Positions 43,682 to 54,079 of a stretch of DNA of 64,000 nucleotides are shown in pieces. Origin of the DNA: Acidobacteriota bacterium (GTDB lineage Bacteria; Acidobacteriota; UBA890; WLXD01); contig CBDBHB010000006.1 in the NCBI GenBank assembly GCA_965205505.1, positions 224,001 through 288,000 of the forward strand, written 5' to 3'. Every line of letters starts with the position of its first letter. The first letter of the stretch is position 1. Below the pieces are notes generated by a model. It did not search any database, was not told where the DNA came from, and was given only the letters and a program-made list of their open reading frames with translations. Both the position numbers and the translations under genes were made by a program.

Positions 43682-44486
43682 CGTCGCCCGATCCCCGCCC
43701 ACTGGACAGCATGTACGAGCGTGTCGGCGGCGCGCGCCGCGCAGTCGACTCGCGCGACCACGATCGCTGCTGGCAGCGACAGTGAGGCCGCGGCGCTGAG
43801 CGGAAGGGTGCCGGGATTCCCCATCAGACCATAATCGATTTCGACGCCCGCAAGACCGTCGACCACCGGCTGCCAGTTTCCGCCGTCGTCACGACGTATC
43901 AGCTCGTCGCCCGTCGTGGCAGGTCGAATCTGGTAGGTGCGCAGCATCAAGGGGACCAGTGCCCTCACGGGCCCGTGTTCCTGAAGAATGCGGAGCTGGC
44001 TAGCGTTCCATGCCACCTCGATGAGCCGCTCGGACGAGACCCGCACCGCCCTCACCACGGCGGCCACTGGCACCGCGGGGCTTGCATCGGTCAAGCCAGT
44101 CGCAGCTACCGCATGCCGACCGCTAGCGCCCCGGCCACGGCGACTCGATACCTACCGTTCGCCAGTGCGTCCACTTCCACGGGAGCCCCCACCGGTAGCG
44201 CCAGCGCCACGTTCACGCCTGCCGCGTCCGGCTCGACGACGCCGACGATGCCAGCGGAGGTGATCAGGGGTAGCCGCGATTCCAGCCCTCGTGCCGGGCG
44301 ACGGAGGTCTCCGGACAGCTCCTCGGCGCAGCGCACGGCGCGCATCGTGGCGTCGAGCCGCATCAACCGATCGTGGACGGTGCCGGCAGTGTTCACCATC
44401 AGGCCGAGCACTCCCGCCGCCAGTAGCCCGGTACAGGATGAGGCCACCAGCAGCTCAACGAGCGCGTGCCCCCCGTCGCTTCTCAC
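43678..44486 (-). pseudogene. PilW-like minor pilin, frameshifted near 44109
   Basis: GHALVELLVA N-terminus. Adding one G (ATG CGG GTA GCT) joins ORF 44106.. to ORF 43678..44094, which has the PilW-like LIRR...QPVVDGL....IDYG segment. Confidence 0.65.
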
Positions 44487-44896
44487 CGAGCCACCAGCAG
44501 CCTCGCGCTCGCCAGCGACTCGGGTCCATCGGAACGCGCCGCCACCCCACACCAGGCGCGGACCCAGAGCCACTGTGGTGAGAAACTCGCGAGTGCGTCG
44601 ACCTGTCGTTGGCAACCTGGCACCGAGGGCGGCGGGTCATCCGCAGTGCCCGGGCTTCCATCCGGCCCGGGCAGCGACACCGGGCGCCGGCCGATTGGAT
44701 AGTCGATGCCGGGCGCGGCCGGCTGCGCTAAGGCGCCCACGGCGTCGAGGGCCCTGCGATGATTCTCCGCGGCACCGGTCAGGTCGACCGCCGCGCCGAG
44801 GACGCGCACGATACCCAGCATGGTGATCGCCAGCATCAAGAGGGCGACCATCACCTCGACCAGGCTGAACCCGCCTCGATGCACCTGCTCACTCAT
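44483..44896 (-). CDS. PilV-like minor pilin
   Basis: GFSLVEVMVALLMLAITMLG prepilin motif. Confidence 0.8.
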   Translation of the reverse strand: MSEQVHRGGFSLVEVMVALLMLAITMLGIVRVLGAAVDLTGAAENHRRALDAVGALAQPAAPGIDYPIGRRPVSLPGPDGSPGTADDPPPSVPGCQRQVDALASFSPQWLWVRAWCGVAARSDGPESLASARLLVAR

Positions 44897-44966
44897 GCAC
44901 GGGTGAGACGGACGCGCAGATGGGGCTTCCGATCAGACGACCATTTCCACCTGGCGAAGACCGAAG

Positions 44967-45054
44967 CTAGCAGGCCAGGGACAGTGGGCCCGTGGGCCCG
45001 ACGGAGGCAGGAGGGTGCGCCGCCGTCGGGCTCCACGACCCGCTGGTGCGCTAG
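44967..45054. repeat. CTAG-bounded hairpin element (family A-like remnant)
   Basis: CTAGCAGGCC...CTAG. The right CTAG holds the fimT-like stop, and there is an internal GCCCGACGG/CCGTCGGGC stem. Confidence 0.5.
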
Positions 45055-45572
45055 TACGCGTAGCTGTGGTGCGCTACCTCTACCCTGCCGGTGGCTCGGT
45101 TGACCGTGACGGTGAAAACATCTCCAAGTGAGTTGCCCAGGAAGATCTGGTCGTCACTCGCAGTGCTGTCGTTGAGGCTGCCGTCGGAGTGGAATATGAG
45201 CTCGTCGTTGGGCGCGTCGACCGGATCGCTTTCGCCGGAATAGACCACTCCCATCGGCAGAACATGAGGCAGCGGATCGAGAAGTGTCCCCGAGCCGGGC
45301 GGGCCCTGGTATAGCGCGTAGGTACCGGCCCCGACGTCGAAGCCAATCGAGAAGTCGCCGTTCTGGCTAACCGCGCGCATGCGCTGAAGCTGCATCGCTG
45401 CAGCGATCTCCTGTGCCGCTGTACGCACTCGATAGCGCTCCAGCCATTCCTGCATGCTCGGCAAGCCGATCATCGCCATGAGCCCGATCACCGCCATCGT
45501 CACGGTAAGCTCGATCAACGAGAAGCCGCGTTCGTCACGCCGCCCCCGACGCCCTGCTCGTCGCACCCACAT
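45051..45572 (-). CDS. FimT/FimU (GspH-like) minor pilin
   Basis: GFSLIELTVTMAVIGL, R.RAV..N, F.SDG and V...TGRV. Confidence 0.85.
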   Translation of the reverse strand: MWVRRAGRRGRRDERGFSLIELTVTMAVIGLMAMIGLPSMQEWLERYRVRTAAQEIAAAMQLQRMRAVSQNGDFSIGFDVGAGTYALYQGPPGSGTLLDPLPHVLPMGVVYSGESDPVDAPNDELIFHSDGSLNDSTASDDQIFLGNSLGDVFTVTVNRATGRVEVAHHSYAY

Positions 45573-45862
45573 CGCTCGTTGCCCCCTCCTGGAGAATCGC
45601 CTCCAGAGCCCGGCTCGTCCGGGTCCCCGGTGGTCGAATCTGCTGCTGATAGAAGGCAGTCTAGGGATGCGATCGCCAGACTCAGCAGCCCGTTCGCGGC
45701 CGCGCGGGGATGTCCCCCGTCATGTACAGCACAGGCGCGGAAGCGACAGGTCTGGTGCGGCTTCCGCCGTCCTCATCAGGTCGCCCATCGACACGGTTGG
45801 CCAGGGGCGGCCACCCTTCAACCTCGGCGCGCCCGCTCGGCGCCAGAAGAAAGGGTCGGCCT

Positions 45863-46651
45863 CTACGGCGCGACGCCGAAGGTTCGCCAGTACCAGGCGA
45901 AGATCTCGGCGCCCCGGTAGCTCACCAGCACAGCGGCCGCGGCCAGGAACGTCCCGAACGGGAGCGCGTACTCCCAGCCTTTGCGCGAGAACATGATAAA
46001 CAGCGCCCCGACAACGCTGCCGAGCAGCGAGCCGATGAAGATCGTCATCAGCGCGCCCTGCCAGCCGAGGAAGGCCCCGACCAGGAGCATCATCTTCACA
46101 TCCCCCATGCCCATACCCTCACGACCGCGCGCCTTCAGGTACACGAAGGCGACCAGGTAGAGCAAACCGGCCCCCGCCAAGGCGCCAATCAACGAGTCGC
46201 GCCAGGCGACGCGCGGGTCGAAGAATGACAGCAGGAAACCGGCCACGGCGCCCGGAATGGTGATCACGTTGGGCAGGATTCGATGATCAACATCGATCAA
46301 CGCCAGTGCCAGCATGACGTAGGCGAACAACGCGGTCGATGCTGCGCTGGCGGTGAGGCCCGAGTACCAGACTGAGCTAACGAGGATGACGCCGCCGAGC
46401 AGCTCGACCATCGGGTAGCGCCATGGGATCGGTTCGCGGCACGTCGAGCACCGGCCGCGCAGAGCAAGATACGACAACAGCGGCAAGTTCTGGTACCAGT
46501 AGATAGGTGCATCGCATGCCGGGCAAAACGACCGGCGAAAGAGGTCAACGCCGATTGGTACCCGATACACGAACGCGTTGAGGAACGATCCAAAGGCGAG
46601 GCCGAGGGCAAAAGCGACGGCGGTCTCGAAAACCTCTAGTCGCATCTCCAT
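45863..46651 (-). CDS. pilD: Prepilin peptidase (A24)
   Basis: GSFLNA..YR.P, SFCPAC, NLPLLSY..LRGRCSTC, ID and GMGMGDVK. Confidence 0.95.
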   Translation of the reverse strand: MEMRLEVFETAVAFALGLAFGSFLNAFVYRVPIGVDLFRRSFCPACDAPIYWYQNLPLLSYLALRGRCSTCREPIPWRYPMVELLGGVILVSSVWYSGLTASAASTALFAYVMLALALIDVDHRILPNVITIPGAVAGFLLSFFDPRVAWRDSLIGALAGAGLLYLVAFVYLKARGREGMGMGDVKMMLLVGAFLGWQGALMTIFIGSLLGSVVGALFIMFSRKGWEYALPFGTFLAAAAVLVSYRGAEIFAWYWRTFGVAP

Positions 46652-46679
46652 CCCTCTCTCGGGGTGTCGCGTGGCGGTG

Positions 46680-46762
46680 CTAGCAGGCGGTGGTGGAAAT
46701 GTGGCGGGCCTGGTCGCGTCGTAACCCTCCGGGCCCGCCACACTTCCACCACGGCTTGCTAG
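46680..46762. mobile_element. Complete 83-bp family A miniature inverted-repeat element
   Basis: 31-bp arms (46680-46710, 46732-46762) match at 28/31 and both end in CTAG. The right CTAG contains the stop of ORF 46759..47631. Confidence 0.8.
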
Positions 46763-47631
46763 CGGCTAGCGCGCGACGAACCGTCTCGCGGATCGCGAAC
46801 GGTTCCCGTCACCTGGTCATACGTATATGGCTCGCCTGTAGGCGACGATGGCAAAGACACCATGTACCCCTGGCTCCGTAGCGCGTCGAGAACTCGAGGG
46901 GGCCTTCCGCGGTCGCGCCGGAAACGCTCAATCGCTGCGTGCAGGTGCTCGAGGTCAAGCTCGATCTTCAGGTCGTACACGTGCTGCCATGAAACCGCTT
47001 CTATCTCCTCGTCACCGTTGGCCACCGCCTGACCATGCACATCCACCCAGAGCGCCAGGGCGGCCTGCCGGTCGCCCGAGAGCTCCGCCATACCGGCGCG
47101 GACGCGACTCAGCAGCCGTGGGGTACCGGGGAGCTCCAGGGCGCGATCGAAGTAGTCTGCGGCGCGGCGATAGTCGTCGAGAGCGATCCAGGCATAGTGT
47201 CCTGCTTCCATGAGGTAGATCCAGTCGGCGGGATTTGCCTCCGCACCTTTGTCGAGCAGGCGGATCGCCAACTCAGCGTCGCCCATGTCGATCGCCATGA
47301 TCAACGCGCCCGTGAGGTATGCGTCTTGGTATCGCGGATCGAGGTCGGTGATCACATCGAAAATGCGCCACAGATGGCGACGGCCCTCCTGGCTTCGATT
47401 ATGGCCGTAATACTGGATGCTCCACAGGTAAAGTGCATCGGCAAGCGCCGTCTGGAAACCGAGGCTGGCGGCATCGAGATACTGCCCACTCGGAAGAAAC
47501 AGCAGCGCCTCGGGCTGCGACCATCGAGCTCGTCGGTAATCGACCGACACCTGCGGCATGACCCAGCCGCCAAGACACACGAGCAGCAGAAACCACAGAC
47601 CGGCGGTGTGCAAGAATTCGCTGCGGCTCAT
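46759..47631 (-). CDS. TPR-containing membrane-anchored protein of the pilus ABC module (PilG-like position)
   Basis: N-terminal TM segment, ADALYL..IQYYG, ITDLDPRY, TPR helices and a GspG-like tail (P.SPTGEPY). Confidence 0.7.
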   Translation of the reverse strand: MSRSEFLHTAGLWFLLLVCLGGWVMPQVSVDYRRARWSQPEALLFLPSGQYLDAASLGFQTALADALYLWSIQYYGHNRSQEGRRHLWRIFDVITDLDPRYQDAYLTGALIMAIDMGDAELAIRLLDKGAEANPADWIYLMEAGHYAWIALDDYRRAADYFDRALELPGTPRLLSRVRAGMAELSGDRQAALALWVDVHGQAVANGDEEIEAVSWQHVYDLKIELDLEHLHAAIERFRRDRGRPPRVLDALRSQGYMVSLPSSPTGEPYTYDQVTGTVRDPRDGSSRASR

Positions 47632-48398
47632 GTCAGATCTCGACGACGGAACAGGAGCGCCGCCAAGACGAGCATGCCGATGGTGTAGGCCGCGGCGTAG
47701 CCGAGAGCGTCGAACAAGTAGCCACCGCCGACCGGCAGCTCGTGAACCACCCTGCTACGAACGTTGAACGTCTCCAGGTCCGGGAGCGTGTAGTACAACG
47801 CACTGACCAGGATCCGCGCTGCGGTACCCGGAACGAAATCAAGGAGTGTGTTGAAAGCCCATGAGAGGTGCCCGACCACATACACGGCCACGGTAAACAA
47901 CGCCGCCAGCATCGGTGTGGTGAAGCTCGAGAAGACCAAGGCGACGGCCGTGATAATCGATAACTCCACGTAGCTGAGCATCACCGCCGGCAGCAGATGC
48001 GACGGGAAGTTGCCGCTCTTCCACCACACGAGCGCCACGTAGAACAGCGCCATCAGCCCGACTACCGCGGCGAGCGTCATCATCAGACCGAAGTACTTTC
48101 CGACCAGAAACTCCCATCGTGGAACCGGCTTGGCGAGGACAGCGTAGATGGTGCGCTTCTCTACTTCTTTGTGTACGAGCATGATGCCGATGAAAATGGC
48201 GATGACGGTGCCGAACGACGCCAGCGCGGCGAGGCCCAGGTCCGTAACGATCTTCAGCTCGCTGCCCACCGTGAGGAGCGACAGGATCGTCGACGATGCC
48301 ATCATCAGCAACGCGAAGGCCATGAACATCGCCAAGATACGATCGCGGATGGCCTCGCGGAACGTGTTCACCGCGATCGCCGTGACACGATCGATCAT
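47628..48398 (-). CDS. ABC transporter permease (PilI-like)
   Basis: IA.NTFREAIRDR, KEVEKRTIY.VLAKP..R.EFL.GKY and FRRRDL. Confidence 0.88.
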   Translation of the reverse strand: MIDRVTAIAVNTFREAIRDRILAMFMAFALLMMASSTILSLLTVGSELKIVTDLGLAALASFGTVIAIFIGIMLVHKEVEKRTIYAVLAKPVPRWEFLVGKYFGLMMTLAAVVGLMALFYVALVWWKSGNFPSHLLPAVMLSYVELSIITAVALVFSSFTTPMLAALFTVAVYVVGHLSWAFNTLLDFVPGTAARILVSALYYTLPDLETFNVRSRVVHELPVGGGYLFDALGYAAAYTIGMLVLAALLFRRRDLT

Positions 48399-49448
48399 CG
48401 CGCGCCGCCGGCTACCGCTCGTCGCGGCTCAGCGCTGATGTCGCTTCGGCAAGCGTCGGGATCTGTCGGCGGGTCGGCGCCGGTTTGCTCGGACAGGGGC
48501 TCGTGTTTCGATGAAGATTGCCGCGCGGCAACCGGCTGCCGGCCCTGCACTGTTGCAACGAAATACTCCTCGAGCGTGGGGCGGTGCGGGGCGACCTGAA
48601 CGATCCGTCCACCCACCCTACGGACGGTATCTACCCAGCGATCGAGTTGCGCCACGTCGTCGAAGCGAAAGTACAGACAACCACCCTGCTGCGTACGGTG
48701 CACGAACCCGGTCAGGACATCGTCGGGAACGCCCTCACACGCTGTGTCCCAGTAACTGACACGCTCCTCGAGAAGACCCTGCACCGAGCTCTCGGCGAGG
48801 ATTCGGCCCTCAAACAGCAGGCCGACTCGGTCGCACAGGGCCTCGGCGTCGCCGAGGATGTGGCTGGAGAAAAAGACGGTGGTCCCCTTTTCCTTGAGCT
48901 CGAGGATGATGTCCTTGATCTCCCGCCGCCCAATGGGATCGAGCCCCGACATCGACTCATCCAGAATGACCAATTCGGGGTCATTGATCAGCGCCTGTGC
49001 CATTCCGACGCGCTGCAACATTCCTTTGGAAGTATTGCTTGATCGGTAGGTCGGCACGGGCGGCCATGCCCACGCGCTCGAGCAACATCGCCGTCCGCTG
49101 GAGCCGTGTTGCACGGGGCACACCGAAGAGTCGGCCGAAGTAGTCGACCAACTCACGGCCGGTAAGGTGAGGGTAGAAGTACGGCTGCTCCGGCAAGTAT
49201 CCGAGCTTCTGGCGCGCCGCGGGCTCGAAGCCGCTGCGCCCGAAGATCTCGATGGTGCCCCGATCCGGGGTCAGCAGCCCGAGCAAGCACTTCATCGAAG
49301 TGGTCTTGCCAGCGCCGTTCGGCCCCAGGAAACCGTAGATCTCGCCCGGTTCCACACACAGGGAAACGTCGTGAAGCACGGGCTTGTGGCGCAACCAGAA
49401 CCCATACGGCAGCGACTTGGCGACGCCGTCGAACCGAACGATCGGCAT
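48395..49448 (-). pseudogene. ABC transporter ATPase (PilH-like), +1 frameshift near 49030
   Basis: Walker A GPNGAGKTT is in one frame, and SKGMLQR / LVILDE / SSH are in another. Removing one T restores KQYSKGM. Confidence 0.85.
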
Positions 49449-49570
49449 TGAGATCACCCCACTACGTCAGCACGGGGCACGCCGCCACCCGTGGTGCTGC
49501 GAACACACTCATAGTACCGCCCCGTGACCCGCAGCCACCTTCGCCCATCTAAAGACTATCAACCAGCAGG

Positions 49571-49610
49571 AAAAAAAACGAGCCCCCGTCGTTGATCCGA
49601 CAAGGGCTCG
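49571..49610 (-). terminator. Intrinsic terminator after pilA
   Basis: Minus strand CGAGCCC...GGGCTCG followed by T8. Confidence 0.85.
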
Positions 49611-49639
49611 GGTGGCCTGCGCCTATCTTGGTGCAGCGA

Positions 49640-50068
49640 TTATTGGCCGGTCGGGGCCTGAGTGAACTGGCCGTTGGTCAGCTCCAGGTCGATATCGTAG
49701 GGATCGTTGATCCACGGGGTCGGCGGAGCCGGGCCGTCCGCGGCGTCGGAAGCATACGACTCGAGGCTGTAGGAGCCGCTGGCCGTGCTGTACTGGAAAG
49801 CGGTTGCCCAAGCATCGTTCAAGGGCACTACCTGCATGTAGGTGGGCTGCAGGTCGGCGAGCGCCGAGGCATAAGCGCCCTGGTCGACACGGTAGGTACC
49901 ATTGGCGGTGGCGACGTTGCGCATGTCGGCCATCGTGCGGCGCTGGCGGCCGCGATCGATCGCGTCGAGCAACTGCGGAACGGCGATCGTCGCGATGATG
50001 CCGACGATGGCTACAACGATCAGCAACTCGATCAGCGAGAAGCCGCTTTCGTCGCGCTTGAAGTTCAT
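49640..50068 (-). CDS. pilA: Probable major type IV pilin with a GspG-like C-terminal motif
   Basis: AGGAGG RBS and GFSLIELLIVVAIVGIIATIAVP. It has its own sigma54 promoter and terminator and lies directly downstream of pilSR. Confidence 0.75.
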   Translation of the reverse strand: MNFKRDESGFSLIELLIVVAIVGIIATIAVPQLLDAIDRGRQRRTMADMRNVATANGTYRVDQGAYASALADLQPTYMQVVPLNDAWATAFQYSTASGSYSLESYASDAADGPAPPTPWINDPYDIDLELTNGQFTQAPTGQ

Positions 50069-50164
50069 GATGTTCCTCCTGGGGCTGCGACCCCGTTGCG
50101 GGCCCCAAGGTCGGCATCCGCCAGCCCCAGTAAACCCTGCCAATCATCCGTGATCGATGAGTGG

Positions 50165-50179
50165 GCAACAAACATGCCA
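50165..50179 (-). promoter_or_regulatory. sigma54 promoter of pilA
   Basis: Minus strand TGGCATGTTTGTTGC. Confidence 0.85.
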
Positions 50180-50251
50180 TAACTTATCAAAAGTCTCGAT
50201 CTAATGTAAAAACATTTAAAAATAGTTAAAAACACAGATAAACGCAGAGCA

Positions 50252-50264
50252 CAAGTTGTTGATT
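50252..50264. promoter_or_regulatory. Candidate IHF site in the AT-rich pilA upstream region
   Basis: CAAGTTGTTGATT matches YAA-N4-TTGATW and lies between the promoter and the putative enhancer. Confidence 0.6.
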
Positions 50265-50383
50265 GCAGGGTAATTAGAACTAATAATGATTTTAAGTGAC
50301 TAATAACATTGTTTTCTATGTTTTTTAATTAAATAACGAGTCTTATAGATTTATGAGACGAAATTATAACAGATAGTGTCGAG

Positions 50384-50400
50384 GTGTCGAAATTTGGCAC
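50384..50400. promoter_or_regulatory. Candidate PilR binding site
   Basis: Imperfect palindrome GTGTCGAAATTTGGCAC about 205 bp upstream of the sigma54 site. Confidence 0.4.
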
Positions 50401-50419
50401 CCATCAGTGACGCTCCGTG

Positions 50420-51838
50420 TCACTCGGGCCTCGACTCGTCCAGTACGAACTTCTTCGCGTAGTACCGGAACGAGCGAAATGACATGCCCAGGAGCTTCGC
50501 AGCACGAGTCTGCACACCGCCGCTTTGACTGAGCGCCGCTCGCATGTAGTCGCGCTTGACCTGATCGAGGTGAGCCTCCAGGTCTATCCCCTCCCCCGGG
50601 ATGCCACAGCTCACAGGGGAGCTGTCCAGCGCCGATTCGAGAACGGTGGTCACGTCGTCGACCCGCCTGGTACCCGTGACCGTCGGCGGCAAGCTCGACA
50701 ACTGGATCCTCTCTGTCGGCTCCATGGTCATCGCGTGGCGCACGGCGTTCACCAGCTCTCGCACGTTGCCAGGCCATGTGTACTCGCGCAGCGCTTGCCT
50801 CGCCTCCGGCGTCATCCCATCGATCTCTCGCCCGATCTCCGACGCAAGCCGTTCGAAGTAGTGGTCGGCTAGCAGCAATATGTCGTCGGGACGCTGTCGC
50901 AGCGGCGGCAGATCGATCTGGATCACGTTCAACCGGTAGTACAGATCCTCCCGAAACCGGCCGTCGACGAACGCGGCGCGGAGATCTTAGTTTGTCGACG
51001 CAAGAACCCGGACGTCAACCGACGTGTCGCGCGTTGATCCCACCTGTCGAACCATGTGGTCTTCCAGGACACGCAGAAGCTTGGGCTGCATCTCGAGCGG
51101 CATATCGCTGATCTCGTCGAGCAGGATCGTGCCGCCATCCGCGGCCTCGAATAACCCCTCTTTGTGCCGGTCGGCACCAGTGAACGCTCCCTTCACGTGG
51201 CCGAACAACTCGCTCTCCAAGAGCTGCGCCGGCAGCGCCGCACAGTTCACGGCGACGAACGGCGCTGCGCCGCGCTCGCCGTTGTAGTGGATCGCGCGTG
51301 CCACCAACTCCTTGCCGGTGCCACTCTCGCCGACAATCAGAACCGTGGAAGTCGAGTCCTTCACGCGCCGGATGAGATCGAAGACCCTGTGCATCGCGGT
51401 GGAATCGCCGACCAAGTTGCCGATTCCGTGCCGCTCAGTGAGCTCGCCGCGCAACATGACATTCTCGCGCTGCAGCGCCTGTTGCTCGAGTGCGTGTCGA
51501 AGCGTGACCTTGAGCTCCTCAACATCGAAGGGCTTGGTAACGTAGTCATAGGCACCTAGTCGAACGGCCTCGACGGCCGTATCAGTGCTCGCATGCGCGG
51601 TAATTAAGATGACCTCGGTATGCGGCGACTGCTTCCGCACCTGGCGCAGCAACTCCACACCATCGAGACCTGGCATGCGGATGTCCGAGACCACCACATC
51701 AACAGGTTGCTTGCCCAGCATCGCGAGAGCTTCCTCGCCGTCCCGCGCCGCACGCACTTCCCACCCTTCATCGCCCAAGGCGATCGAGAGCATCTCGCGC
51801 ATGCTCGATTCGTCGTCGACGATCAGCACCCGGTCCAA
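50420..51838 (-). pseudogene. pilR: PilR-like sigma54 response regulator with an in-frame TAA at 50987-50989
   Basis: Receiver domain, GESGTGKE and GAFTGA. It reads ASTN*DLRAAFVDGRFREDLYYRLNV in one frame through to the HTH MSFRSFRY. Confidence 0.85.
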
Positions 51839-51989
51839 TGCAACGATCCTCCGCAGAATGATGGCCGGGGGCGCTCAGATCCCGGGGCTGAAGCCCGGGC
51901 TCCCACAAGCCCCATCAACATATACGTAGACGGTCGCGGGACCGGCCAATACGGAAGGCGGAGTGCGCTGCAACTCAACGTCAGCGCCT

Positions 51990-53852
51990 TCACCCGTCGG
52001 AACGCACCGCTCGACTCAGCTCGCCGAACAGTCGTGCCTCGCGCTCGGACCGATCCTCCACGACGACCGTCGACTCACTAGTGGACGCCGCCTCGTTTTC
52101 GAATATCAGTACAAACCGTGAGCCCTTCCCGGGCTCCGACTCGACCTCGATGCGGGCGCCGTGCTGTTCCATGATGCGATACACCATCGCCAGGCCGAGG
52201 CCCGTGCCGGTCTCAACGGAGTCGGCTTGCTTCTCGGATACGACGGGGTGAAAGACACGATCGATGCGATCCGCGGCCATTCCCACGCCCTCGTCCTCGA
52301 ACACCACTGCGGCGCCCCCGCGGCGACGTCGTATAAGCACCCGCAGGCGCCCCCCGTCCGGCATCGCTTGAATGGCGTTGCGTGCCAGGTTCCAGAACAC
52401 TTGCTTCACCCTTTCCGGGTCGACCAAGGCGAAGACTTCACGGGCATCCGAATCTACCGTCAATGAATGGTGGCGGCCCACTTCCGGCGAGTTCTCTAGC
52501 AAATCAACAGTGTCGCGCGCCAGCGCGACCAGGTCAGTGTTGGCTGCCTCGAGTGTCTCGGGGCGAGTGTAATCGAGGAAGTCCTCGATGATCTTCGAGA
52601 CTCCCTCGGATTCTTTGGTAACGATGTCCATCAGGCGCTTGGCCCGTAGCGTATCAGTGCCCACACCGCCTCCGCGCAATACTTGGAGGGACCCCGAGAT
52701 CGCGGCCAGGGGATTGCGAATCTCGTGTGCCAGCGATCCCGCCATCTCACCGAGTACAGCCATGCGCTCACGCATCCAGAACATCCGCTCCATGCGCTTG
52801 ATATCAGAGAGATCCTGAAACATGAAGATGTAGCCGCCCGCCATCGGGCCATCGGACTCGATCGCCCAGGGGCCGGTGGGAAAATACGTGGCGACCTCTG
52901 TCGCGTTCGGTTCTGGACCCTCGTCCACCGCGCCGGCAGGCTCGACCACCCGAGTGATGCTCATCCCGATGGTGCGATACTCCCCGGACGGCACCTGGAT
53001 CTGGCGTTCGGTGCGGTAGATCTGCCGCTCGTTGAGACGCACGTCGAGGTCGCTCATGACGTCGTCTCCGAGACCCAGGACCTGCGCGGCACGCAGACCG
53101 ATCAGCTCCCGTTCCGACCGCTCGGTAATGCGTTCGGCGGCACGGTTGCAAGCGATCACCCTGCCCTCGGGGTCGGCCGCGATCAGGCCGCTGCTCATCC
53201 CTGCCAAGAGCTGGTGGTTGAGTTGCTGCAGAGCCTCAAGTGCCGAGCGCTCCTTACGCAGCGCCGCGCGCGCTCCCCGTAGCCGCTCGGTGTAGGAGCT
53301 CGCCAGGGCGACGATTATGCACGCGGCGAACAACAACATCAGGATCCTGAGATACATCTCGGGCGGCGCTACCGGTGGTCCCGCCTGCCCGAGCCCAAAC
53401 TCCCGCGACGGCAGCCAATCCACGGCCCGCAGGTGGATGAGCAGCCCGTAGCTGACCGCCGTCAAACACGCGATCGCCAGCGCCGTCTGGCGTCCAGTCA
53501 TCACCCCCGCGCCGATGGCGAGTACCAGATACAGAAGCACCAGCGGCGAACGGGCTCCACCGAACACATGTACCAGCAAGGTCACCAGGGCGACATCGAC
53601 CGTCAGCTGGAGCGACAACAAACGGGGCGCCGACATGCCCAACCGCTGTGCCAACACGTACAACAAGGAAACGCCGTAGATCACGGCGATGCTCGCGTGT
53701 ACGGGAGCAAGGGAACGCTGGGTGCCGACCAGGAACTGCGAGTACAGCACCGGGAACAATAGCGCCGTCGCCGTGACGACGCGGAACAGCAGCAGACGCC
53801 GCAGGTTGTTTTCGTGTTCGCGCCCGGCCCGCTCGGCGGTCATCCGGTCCAC
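51990..53852 (-). CDS. pilS: PilS-like sensor histidine kinase
   Basis: Multi-TM N-terminus, a PAS domain, LGEMAGSLAHEIRNPL, QVFWNLARNA, DEGVG and GTGLGL. Confidence 0.88.
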   Translation of the reverse strand: MDRMTAERAGREHENNLRRLLLFRVVTATALLFPVLYSQFLVGTQRSLAPVHASIAVIYGVSLLYVLAQRLGMSAPRLLSLQLTVDVALVTLLVHVFGGARSPLVLLYLVLAIGAGVMTGRQTALAIACLTAVSYGLLIHLRAVDWLPSREFGLGQAGPPVAPPEMYLRILMLLFAACIIVALASSYTERLRGARAALRKERSALEALQQLNHQLLAGMSSGLIAADPEGRVIACNRAAERITERSERELIGLRAAQVLGLGDDVMSDLDVRLNERQIYRTERQIQVPSGEYRTIGMSITRVVEPAGAVDEGPEPNATEVATYFPTGPWAIESDGPMAGGYIFMFQDLSDIKRMERMFWMRERMAVLGEMAGSLAHEIRNPLAAISGSLQVLRGGGVGTDTLRAKRLMDIVTKESEGVSKIIEDFLDYTRPETLEAANTDLVALARDTVDLLENSPEVGRHHSLTVDSDAREVFALVDPERVKQVFWNLARNAIQAMPDGGRLRVLIRRRRGGAAVVFEDEGVGMAADRIDRVFHPVVSEKQADSVETGTGLGLAMVYRIMEQHGARIEVESEPGKGSRFVLIFENEAASTSESTVVVEDRSEREARLFGELSRAVRSDG

Positions 53853-53927
53853 CCCTTACGCCCTCGATATCGGATTCTAGCAGGTTGTTGGCTTCATCCG
53901 ATCGTCTCGGAGGAGAAGCGGATGGCG

Positions 53928-53964
53928 AAAAAAGAGGGGCTGCAGTACAGCCGCAGCCCCTCTT
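53928..53964 (-). terminator. Intrinsic terminator between pilC and pilS
   Basis: Minus strand AAGAGGGGCTGC...GCAGCCCCTCTTTTTT. Confidence 0.8.
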
Positions 53965-54045
53965 GGTAGCTTTCGCCCCGCTACGATCCCCTGATTTTCG
54001 AAAGACCCCGTCTTGCACGTCTGACCGCCGGGTCGGCGGCGGCAC

Positions 54046-54079
54046 CTAGTTGTCCTGTAACAGAGGTTCGTTGCACTAG
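54046..54079 (+). repeat. Solo degenerate family B terminal repeat
   Basis: CTAGTTGTCCTGTAACAGAGGTTCGTTGCA-CTAG resembles CTAGTGGCCTGTAACAGATGATCGTTGCA at 60097. Confidence 0.7.

Noticed and set aside
53965-54045. c-di-GMP-I riboswitch upstream of the terminator before pilS
   Set aside because: There is a GAAA-containing hairpin, but I could not find the GGCAAA...GAAA...GACGCAAAG P1/P2 core. An Rfam scan would settle it.
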